DNA from: Folioceros fuciformis
Taxonomy: Eukaryota
Assembly: GCA_049999805.1 (NCBI GenBank)
Contig: JBNGIO010006046.1
Coordinates: forward strand, 49,944-69,943
Reading direction: 5' to 3'
Length of the DNA: 20,000 bases
The notes beneath the pieces are model-generated. The model was not told the DNA's origin. It did not search any database and saw nothing but the letters and a program-made list of their open reading frames with translations. Position numbers and translations under genes: made by a program. This document shows, piece by piece, positions 12,373 to 20,000 of the stretch (its first letter is position 1; the number at the start of each line of letters is the position of its first letter).

Positions 12373-12613
12373 CATTGCATCTTTATAGAGCGAGAGAAAG
12401 TTGGAAAGGGGAGCAACATATGGTGCCTCTTCGATGGGTGGCAGGCCCTCTTATCCATTTGGTGCATTGTGGCACATCATAAGGAAAGTAGTCCACATCC
12501 CAAAGCCTAAGACTTAGTGTCACAAGAAACATTAGGGAAAGTATCCTTGTAAGCCCTCTTAAGATGCCAATACCATCTTCACATCATACTCAAGACTGAA
12601 AGACCAAGTCCTT

Positions 12614-12828
12614 AACCTTGGCCATGCACCTCAAGTCCTATGAACCTTGACCACACACCCCAAGGCCTTACTAGACACTATGCAACCACACAACTTGGCC
12701 GTGCACCTCAAGCCCTATGAACCTTGACCACACGCCCCAAAGCCTTACTAGACACTGTGCAACCACACAACTTGGCCATGCACCTCAAGCCCTTACTACT
12801 AGATACTATACAACCACACAACTTGGTC
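12614..12828. repeat. ~77-bp tandem repeat, ~3 copies
   Basis: CTTGGCC(A/G)TGCACCTCAAG...CTTACTAGACACT...CAACCACACAA repeated. Confidence 0.85.
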
Positions 12829-13099
12829 CACCATGCACCACTTGTGTTGAACCAGGCAAGCATAGATCAAGATAACAAGACATGACAAACTGTTCTAGAG
12901 GTTCTCATAGTCTTTTATAAGGCATCTCTCCTCTCACCTCCAGGTAGTTATTAATTAAGTAATTTGGATTAGTATGTCATTGGGTTCCACTAGAGTCTAA
13001 GCAATGAGCAAGGGGCAGGTGCCCCTTGTGGATCTAATGCTAATCAGATATACTTGCCTTAGTCCCTAAGGCAGCAAATCGTAGAGGAGTTGTGGTCCT

Positions 13100-14200
13100 T
13101 ACAACTAGAGCAAGCTGTCATAATCCGATATTTTCTTCACGAAAAAAAACGAGTGAGGAAGACCATACCACACCCCACTGATTCGAGAGCCATGGTTGGG
13201 CTAAAGCCTCATCTAGTCCAAATAAGGCAGTTTGCTTTGCGAATAAGAAATTTTTCATAGAGAAGAGCCACCATAACCACGTGCCCACTTCTCGCCAAAC
13301 ACCTTGCTCAAAGTTGCATTGAAAGAACAAGTGTTGGCTTTTGTTAGGGGCACCCAGTGCTTCACATTGTGCACCGTTCCTCCCCCGTAGCCACTAACAG
13401 TCTGTCCCAACGGTTGGCGTTAGGCAAGCACGCTTGGAAATTACTCGAGGGATAAAATCTTGCTCCAAAGACCTCTAAAACCTTGTGGAGGAATACCAAG
13501 CACATCGTCCCTATTAAGGGTCTTTGCCACAATGAGGAAGGCTTTAACCTCTAGGTAGTTGCTCTAAATTGAGGCTAAAAGTGGCGAACAATCCTTGGTA
13601 TCTAGTAAGGGCTTATCGGCTAGAATGTTGTCCATCAACCTCCGTCCTTGAATTTGATCCAAGTGCTAGGTTAACTAGCTTTACCAAGAGTATCTGGTTG
13701 GATTTGTAGCCTTTAGAACCCATTCCGCATGTAAAGTTTCTTGGGGTCCACTAGTCCCACACTGCCCAACTACTTGGACTAAATAATATGCTGCCATGCC
13801 ACCTTATGAAATGAGAAGAGGACTCCATAAGAAGTGAGTCACAATTTGTTGCAATCTCCTCAAATCTGCCTTACTAGGAGCCCATAGGAAGAGACAATAC
13901 CATCAAGAAGCAGTCAATATGTGGTTTATCACTACAATCTTCTAGTAGTAACTTGAAGGTCAGATCCCTAGTAGTTGGGGTACTTTCCCCACAAGCTCCA
14001 TTCCTATTGCTGTAGCCAATTTTACCAAGTCAGCTTTTAATTGTACAGGTACTTGTCATGCTGTTGCTGTATGGGAAACAGAGCACCTAAGACTCTATGA
14101 CTGGATACTGACTAGAGCATCCTGGGCATAAGCCCTGAATGCTGAAATGACTAGATACTGACTGGAGCATCTCGGGCATAAGCCCTGATGCTGAAGTGCT
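13100..14200 (-). mobile_element. Degenerate L1-clade LINE ORF2 fragment (end of RT through zf-RVT)
   Basis: Minus-strand remnants in the expected order: SASGLMP (~14195-14170, like ASGLxxN), Y*G (~13970, like YLG), AWQHII*SK*LGSVGLVDP (~13800-13745, like AWxxIxxPKxxGGLG), FQACLPNANRW...CTM and QHLFFQCNFEQGVWREV (~13440-13285, zf-RVT). There are many stops and frameshifts. Confidence 0.7.
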
Positions 14201-14728
14201 TGATGATGTCATGTACATGGCCCATGGATGGCCTGCACATGACATGTATGCCATCTATGCATGTGTGCCATGTATGCATGCATATGGAGATGAAGGATGA
14301 CATGTGATGTATGTGGACATGTGGCAGGTGATGTGTCATGGTGCATGCAACCTATATGCATGGTTGTGCATGAAAGGTGCATGCAACCTATATGCATGGT
14401 TGTGCATGAAAGGCGCGGTGCTATGCCGCATATATAGATAGCAGATTTATATTAGAAGATATTAGAAAATACATAAAAATCATAAATCAAGGAAAGTAGG
14501 ATTATAAAGTGCCCACCATCGATACGGGTGGACACTTCATCGAGAACTCCTGGGGGTTTTTGCCTATATATGTAGGCACCCAGCCATGGATTCTCGGATT
14601 GTTGATGTTTGTCTTGTTCCAATAGACAGCCATACTTCGTCCCTGCTGTGTCTTTGTCTCCTAGAGGTTCTTGTGGTTCGTTGCATTGCCAGGTTGGGAG
14701 AATTTTCCAGCTTGATTTCACCACATCA
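14201..14728 (+). repeat. Putative 5' LTR (~525 bp)
   Basis: TGATG(T) at 14201/14204 and (A)CATCA at 14723-14728 form inverted ends. LINE homology stops at ~14200. There is a TATATAT at 14565 and a 36-bp x2 repeat at 14340-14411. The second LTR is outside the window, so the boundaries are unconfirmed. Confidence 0.6.
14565..14571 (+). promoter_or_regulatory. LTR TATA box inside the inverted repeat TGCCTA-TATATG-TAGGCA
   Basis: TATATAT lies 30 nt upstream of the sequence complementary to the putative PBS. Confidence 0.6.
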
Positions 14729-14896
14729 ACAATCCGCTTGTTGGGGACTAAGATACGGTACTGGAGGAGACTGTGGCGCGCTGGAGATTGGATGAAGAGG
14801 CGGAAATCGTCCACCATCCAACCCAGGAGACAGCTGCGATCCGAGAAGGTTGGGTGTTGCAGAGGCAGCACTAAGAGATAGGCTGATGTTTTTCTG

Positions 14897-15121
14897 ATGG
14901 ACAGGAATTCTGCCATTGATTATACACGGCTTAGGTGTGGTAGTCTCACGATTGCTGAGTTAGCAGAGCTGTCTGGAGAAGAGCCTGCATACGTCTGGAG
15001 TCGTTTGTGGATAGAGGCAGTGGATGTACTTTTCTGGCTAGCTGATTGGGCTAACGGTGGAAACAATTTGCCCTTTGACAACATCCGTGCAGTGGTCAGG
15101 CATAGGAGAAGTAACCATTGA
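14897..15121 (+). CDS. 74-aa upstream ORF of unknown function whose stop overlaps the gag-pol start (TGATG)
   Basis: ATG at 14897. TGA at 15119-15121 shares its A with the ATG at 15121-15123. No homology recognised. Confidence 0.4.
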   Translation: MDRNSAIDYTRLRCGSLTIAELAELSGEEPAYVWSRLWIEAVDVLFWLADWANGGNNLPFDNIRAVVRHRRSNH

Positions 15122-18100
15122 TGGTGTTCCTGAGATCAGGGTGGACTGACGAAAGGACACCTGCGCCGTCTTCAGTCGGAGAAGTGCACGACGGCTACTA
15201 CTCGCCATTCAAGAGGACACCGGAACAATACAGAGACAACGCGCCAGTCACAAGGAGACAGTTTGGCGATTGGAGCGGAGAGTCTGCAAGAATGGAGCTT
15301 GAGTTCACACCAAGTAAGAACGATGTCTTCACAGGAAAACATGGAAGCATGTCTCTTGCAGATTTCGAGGAGAAGTTTCGTTGGGCAATGGCGGAAAACA
15401 AGATGAAATACAAGGACGAGTTCACTCAGAGGATGGCGTTCATGAAGATGTCATCCTACCTTGCGGGTGAGGCTCTAATGTATTACAGAGATGAGAAGGC
15501 TGGGATCCTGAAGGTGGCCGAGAGAAGAGAAGCAGTGCACGAGGCGGCCAAGAGGGCTGGTTCGACTGCACCCCCTACTGACGAGGACAAGCTCGAGCAT
15601 CTGGTGGACTTGATGTTCGCCAAGTTAACCACCATGTTTCCTACAGCTTCGCTGGAAAAGATCCAGGAACTGTCGAGGTTTTCTTTCAGGCCTAACGAGA
15701 CATTGCGTGCATCTTACCTCAGACTGAAGGTTCTGGTGGAAGACACGGGAGTGAAGACGATGAGGGAGGCTGCCGAGATCTTCATGGCAGCATTGCCTGC
15801 CAGACAAAGAAGGAAGGTAATGGACTCGCTGCATGGAGCGATGGGAGAAAGATATCAGTTGATAGACGCCTACCAAATTGCTGAGAAGGTGCTCAAAGGA
15901 GATGCAGTAAGCCAGGCTTACTTGGAAAATCACGGAGTCGTGAAGGGCTCCTCGCAGCACGGGTCTGGAGGACACGGGAATTCCAGGTTTGTTCCAAGGT
16001 ACCAGTACCGGGAGCAAGCACAGTCCTCAGGACATGGCAAGCAGCCACATGCGCCGAAGGAGAGGCCAGCTAACAATGCAGGTCAAGCAGCTGTGAAGTG
16101 TGGCAGATGCTGTGGAGCGCACAAGGCGTTCGAATGCGACTACAAGCCAGGTGGTCCGAAGGGCAAGGAAGCCTGTAAGTCTTGTGGCAGATGGGGTCAC
16201 ATGGAGGCAGCGTGTTGGGAAGCTCATCCAGAGCTGAAGCCCAAGCTTGCACCAGCTGAGAACGAGAAGGGCAAGGGCCCGAGTCGTAAGGCTCTCCTTG
16301 GGCAAGTGGAGGAGCTCAAGAAGGAGATGGCCAACATGGCCAGCAGAATAGAGCAGAGGATTTTGTTCTCTGACTCTGATGATGATGAGGCATTTGGCAT
16401 GATGGCGGTGCGCAAGAAAAAGAAAAAGGCTGTTGCTAACTTTGGTGAAGGCGTCACTGCGAAGGGAGTGCCGGAACGGGAATCGACCAAGATGCCGGAG
16501 AGTTTCCGGCAGGTCGAGGGAAACTCCACGACACAGAAGGTGTCAAGATCAGGTCGAGACGTTGAGGCGTTGCTGGACAAGGCCATGGAGGTGCCTGCAG
16601 TAAGTCTTGTGGATCTGGGAGTGAAAGGCAACAACTTCAAAAACATCATGCGAGAATGGCTGAGAAAGGAGCTTGAATCCGCAGGATCTCTCCCTAGTAT
16701 GGCCAGTTTGTGTGGCGAGCATCTGATGCCAGAGGCGCGAGGTGGAGGAGGTGTTGCCATGATTGATAACACGGGACGGCACGTGACCTTTGATGGCTAT
16801 GCTCCAGTAAACGTACTTGTAGACACAGGAGCGGATCCGGTACTGCTGGGAGCACGGGTGCAGGAGGCACTAAAGCTGTACGGACACAAGCTCGTTCCGA
16901 GCGACGTGAACATCACCACCTCTGCAGGTACCAAGGAACAGGTACTGGGAATGACGAGGAGGCTCGTGAAGATTGAATTGAAGCCTGGCACGAAGGATGC
17001 CAGCATCGTTGAAGTGAGATGTTTGGTCACCAGTGCGAAGACATATGATGTCTTGCTGGGGTCGGACGGAACTCACCGTCCTGCCATGGGGGTTGATCCC
17101 TTGCACGCTGAAGCTTTCTACAGACCATTCTGGTGGAGAGGAGATTTCACGCATGTTGCACGAATTCCTCTAAGGATGAATAGGAGTGGTGGCAAGAGCA
17201 GGACGAGGATGACAGGCAGCACCATGATTGCCCACAGTGCTCAGAGTGAACATCGACATGAGATGTGGGAGGAAACGCAGGAGTTATCCTCTCTGGAGAT
17301 GCCAAAGCCAAGAGAGCAGAAGGGTGTGCTTAAGGTGGTGCGCTCAGAATATTTGGATCAAGCGAGGGTTCGAGAGAACCAGCAAAGGAAGGAGGATCGA
17401 CCGTGGAATCTCACAGACACATGTCCTGAGAGGTCGATCCCAAGTATGGGGCCTGCCAAGTCGGGAGATCGACGCATCGACGATGCTCTAGTACGATGGA
17501 AGGTGGGCGCTCAAGGCATCCATTTGTTGGAGCTCTGCTCGGGAATCAGCAGTGGCCTGGAAGCGGTGTTGCAGTGTGGCGTCAAGATACGGCAATATAC
17601 CTGCGTGGAGAAGGATGAGAAGATTCGAGCTGTCGCTAGGGGTCGAATCCTCAGGTTCTGCAAACAGTATCCAACACTACTGAGCGAGGAAGCAGTTCGA
17701 GGCTGTCAGAGCAGGCTGCCCACAGACGTGAACCTGGTTGGGAAGCGGCAGCTACAAGCCTTGTCAAGCCCAGTGGATATGCTGATCGCGGGATGGGAAT
17801 GCAAGACATTTTCGACAGCAGGCAGAGGCAACGGTGAAGGCGTTTCGTTGGCTGCTGAGCTCGCACGAATCACGCGAGAAGTCCAGATTGCTAATCCACG
17901 ATGTTGGTACATTCTGGAGAATGTGTGTGCAGCCATGGACAAACGTCCAGCTGTTAGGGCCCTGTATGAAGAGATTCGGGCGTGGTTCGGCAATGAGCTG
18001 ATCATGGACGAGGTGCAGTGTGGCTCATATGCACACAGGCTTCGCAGTTACTGGACAAATGTGGCTGGACTGGAGGTGCTCAGACAGCACAGGAATTTGA

Positions 18101-20000
18101 CAACTCCGAAGCGGAAGGTTGTGGATGATATCCTAGAGTTGGGAAGGTGCTCACAACAGGTGAAGAGGATGGACAAGTTGCCATTTTACCCTGTGAATCG
18201 AGTAGGGGAATCCAGAAGGGCATGGCCAACTCTGGTGAGCACACCGCAATCTTATGCCTTCAGACCAGGAGGAGATGGTGTGATTCTGGATTTGAAAGGG
18301 AATGAGCTTGGAGAGCTCAATGTTGAGGAACGCGAGCAAGCGATGGGCTTTGCCAAGAAGGACACTCAGACCATGGGCATCACAGAATCTGCAAGGTGCA
18401 GGATGCTCGGACAGGCATTTGACTTGTACAGTCTAAGGTGGCTGGTAAGCACAGGCTTGGCGTTCCAACTTGCAGAAGCCAAAGGGAAGCGAAGGCCTTT
18501 CCTCCAACTACTGCAGGATAAAGAGGTTCCTAAGGCAGAGGAAGACGAGCTGCTGCGGGAGAGATTCAGCATGGCCGCTGTGGATACTGAACTGTCCACC
18601 AAGAGTGTGACGAAAGAGGTTCATGTATGGCACATTGCAGAAGATGTGAGCCCGGAAGATAAGCAGAAAATCATCGACATGCTTGAGAAAAACAAGGGTG
18701 CTTTTGCATTCAGTTGGAAGGAGCTGGGCAGGTATGAGAAGATCAAGTTCAAAGTAGTGACGACTCATGAAGAGCCCGTCTTCAGAAGGAGGCACCGCCT
18801 CAGTTCAGCAGAATGGGCGATTGTTGACAAACGCTGTCAAGAGTTGTTCGAAGCGGGGTTGATACGAAAATCAAGCTCTCAATATGCTGCTGCGACTGTC
18901 CTACCGCTCAAAAAGGATGAGAACGGTGAATGGAAGGACAGGAGGATGTGTGGCGACTACCGACCTCTAAACGAGGTGACTCCTATGGAACGGTACCCCA
19001 TGCCTACTCCAGACGAGATTTTCGATGCCATAGGTAAGGCAAAATTCTTTACCAGTTTGGACTTCCGCTCAGGCTTCAACCAAATTGTGATTGAAGAGCA
19101 GGACAAGTGCAAGACAGCCTTCTGGGGGAAGGACCAGCTTTGGGAATGGGAGACGATGCCGTTTGGGCTGAAGAATGCTTCCATATATTTCCAAAGAATT
19201 GCAGATCTGGAGCTGCAAGGGCTGCCATTTGTGCGTTGCTACATAGATGATATCCTGGTCTTCAGTGAGACAATCGAAGAACATATGGAGCATCTAGAGA
19301 TATTGCTACAGAGGCTGTCAAGCTCGGGTTTGAAAGCTCATCCTAAGAAATGCAAGTTTGCTTTCCAGCAGATCGAGTATCTGGGGCATGAGATAGTACC
19401 AGGAGGCATCATGCCTCAGCTGGCTAAGGTGCAGGCCGTGATGCAAATGCCTAGACCAAAGGATGTAGCCGCTCTTAGAGCCTTCCTGGGTTTGGTGAAC
19501 TATTACAGGAGATTTATGAAGGATCTCAGTTCCACGTGTAAACCTCTGTATGAGCTGTTGAAGAAAGACATTGTGTGGAAATGGAACCAAAACCAGGAGT
19601 TGGCTTGGCAAGATCTTCGGGACCAGTTGGCAGAAAAGCCTATGTTGGCCAGGCCGAATTTTGATCACCCTTTCACTCTGTACACAGACTGGAGCACTGC
19701 GGGGATTGGAGCAGTGTTGTCACAACATGATGCAGATGGTGTTGAGCGAGTGATAGCTTATGCAAGCCGATCTAACAACTCCGCTGAAGTGAACTACTCC
19801 TCATATGAGGGAGAGTGTCTTGCTGCGGTATGGGCAGTTCTGCATTTCAGGGTCTATCTGTATGGAAGGCGTTTTCAACTGGTCACAGATCACCAGCCAC
19901 TTCATTGGCTGATGACCAACATGAAGTTAAGTGGTAAGCTAGCCAGATGGGCACTGCTACTATCTGAGTACGATATGGAGATCGTGCACAGGGCAGGCAA
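15121..20000 (+). CDS. Gag-Pol polyprotein (Gag, zinc knuckles, aspartic protease, DNMT, RT, RNase H), 3'-truncated by the window
   Basis: Hand translation shows no stop from ATG 15121 (in-frame TAA at 15112) to the window end. Zinc knuckles CGRCCGAHKAFEC (16099-16137) and CKSCGRWGHMEAAC (16174-16215); protease LVDTGA (D at 16822) and YDVLLGSD; RT RMCGDYRPLN, LDFRSGFNQI, MPFGLKNA, YIDD (19240-19251), YLGH; RNase H LYTDWS...GAVLSQ, IAYASR, EGECLA, TDHQPL. Confidence 0.97.
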   Translation, partial: MVFLRSGWTDERTPAPSSVGEVHDGYYSPFKRTPEQYRDNAPVTRRQFGDWSGESARMELEFTPSKNDVFTGKHGSMSLADFEEKFRWAMAENKMKYKDEFTQRMAFMKMSSYLAGEALMYYRDEKAGILKVAERREAVHEAAKRAGSTAPPTDEDKLEHLVDLMFAKLTTMFPTASLEKIQELSRFSFRPNETLRASYLRLKVLVEDTGVKTMREAAEIFMAALPARQRRKVMDSLHGAMGERYQLIDAYQIAEKVLKGDAVSQAYLENHGVVKGSSQHGSGGHGNSRFVPRYQYREQAQSSGHGKQPHAPKERPANNAGQAAVKCGRCCGAHKAFECDYKPGGPKGKEACKSCGRWGHMEAACWEAHPELKPKLAPAENEKGKGPSRKALLGQVEELKKEMANMASRIEQRILFSDSDDDEAFGMMAVRKKKKKAVANFGEGVTAKGVPERESTKMPESFRQVEGNSTTQKVSRSGRDVEALLDKAMEVPAVSLVDLGVKGNNFKNIMREWLRKELESAGSLPSMASLCGEHLMPEARGGGGVAMIDNTGRHVTFDGYAPVNVLVDTGADPVLLGARVQEALKLYGHKLVPSDVNITTSAGTKEQVLGMTRRLVKIELKPGTKDASIVEVRCLVTSAKTYDVLLGSDGTHRPAMGVDPLHAEAFYRPFWWRGDFTHVARIPLRMNRSGGKSRTRMTGSTMIAHSAQSEHRHEMWEETQELSSLEMPKPREQKGVLKVVRSEYLDQARVRENQQRKEDRPWNLTDTCPERSIPSMGPAKSGDRRIDDALVRWKVGAQGIHLLELCSGISSGLEAVLQCGVKIRQYTCVEKDEKIRAVARGRILRFCKQYPTLLSEEAVRGCQSRLPTDVNLVGKRQLQALSSPVDMLIAGWECKTFSTAGRGNGEGVSLAAELARITREVQIANPRCWYILENVCAAMDKRPAVRALYEEIRAWFGNELIMDEVQCGSYAHRLRSYWTNVAGLEVLRQHRNLTTPKRKVVDDILELGRCSQQVKRMDKLPFYPVNRVGESRRAWPTLVSTPQSYAFRPGGDGVILDLKGNELGELNVEEREQAMGFAKKDTQTMGITESARCRMLGQAFDLYSLRWLVSTGLAFQLAEAKGKRRPFLQLLQDKEVPKAEEDELLRERFSMAAVDTELSTKSVTKEVHVWHIAEDVSPEDKQKIIDMLEKNKGAFAFSWKELGRYEKIKFKVVTTHEEPVFRRRHRLSSAEWAIVDKRCQELFEAGLIRKSSSQYAAATVLPLKKDENGEWKDRRMCGDYRPLNEVTPMERYPMPTPDEIFDAIGKAKFFTSLDFRSGFNQIVIEEQDKCKTAFWGKDQLWEWETMPFGLKNASIYFQRIADLELQGLPFVRCYIDDILVFSETIEEHMEHLEILLQRLSSSGLKAHPKKCKFAFQQIEYLGHEIVPGGIMPQLAKVQAVMQMPRPKDVAALRAFLGLVNYYRRFMKDLSSTCKPLYELLKKDIVWKWNQNQELAWQDLRDQLAEKPMLARPNFDHPFTLYTDWSTAGIGAVLSQHDADGVERVIAYASRSNNSAEVNYSSYEGECLAAVWAVLHFRVYLYGRRFQLVTDHQPLHWLMTNMKLSGKLARWALLLSEYDMEIVHRAG
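17518..18450 (+). other. DNMT3-like C5-cytosine DNA methyltransferase domain within the polyprotein
   Basis: Motif I LLELCSGISSG (17524-17556); II YTCVEKD (17596-17616); III DV (~17725); IV VDMLIAGWECKTFSTAG (Cys at 17800-17802); VI YILENV (17908-17925); VIII GSYAHRLRSYWTN (18022-18060); IX LNVEEREQAMGF (18316-18351); X ITESARCRMLGQAFD (18379-18423). Confidence 0.93.

Larger units (their letters stand above)
14201..20000 (+). mobile_element. Ty3/Gypsy LTR retrotransposon carrying a C5-DNA methyltransferase (5' part; continues beyond the window)
   Basis: Putative 5' LTR followed by a single ORF in the order Gag-PR-DNMT-RT-RNase H. The absence of integrase before RT indicates Gypsy rather than Copia. 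Confidence 0.95.

Noticed and set aside
17518-18450. DNMT as a captured host DRM gene or bacterial contamination
   Set aside because: The motif order is not DRM-permuted, and the domain is intronless and in frame between the retroelement protease and RT.
15198-19753. Many minus-strand and off-frame ORFs in the supplied track
   Set aside because: They are shadows of the long plus-strand gag-pol ORF and have no recognisable motifs.

Overview
Eukaryotic, streptophyte/plant-like draft genomic DNA (short GT-AG introns, N-gaps); the host is probably a non-seed plant, which is an inference. From left to right: minisatellites; a decayed Mutator-like (MULE) DNA transposon at ~912-5069 with long TIRs, a SWIM-finger transposase pseudogene and a nested LTR-like insert; an intact multi-exon SNF2-RING-helicase gene (Ris1/Rad5-16 type, CHR27/CHR28-FRG-like) on the minus strand at 5489 to ~10395; AT-rich intergenic DNA with tandem repeats; a degenerate L1-type LINE fragment; and a young Ty3/Gypsy LTR retrotransposon starting at ~14201 and running off the window. 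Its gag-pol ORF (15121 to >20000, over 1600 codons with no stop) is missing from the supplied ORF track. The main discovery is a complete DNMT3-like C5-cytosine DNA methyltransferase domain (motifs I-X, ~17518-18450) fused in frame between the protease and the reverse transcriptase. The same element lacks a tRNA primer-binding site and instead shows a Tf1-like self-priming signature, has a uORF coupled to gag-pol by a TGATG stop-start overlap, and has a CpG-free, CATG-rich U3.
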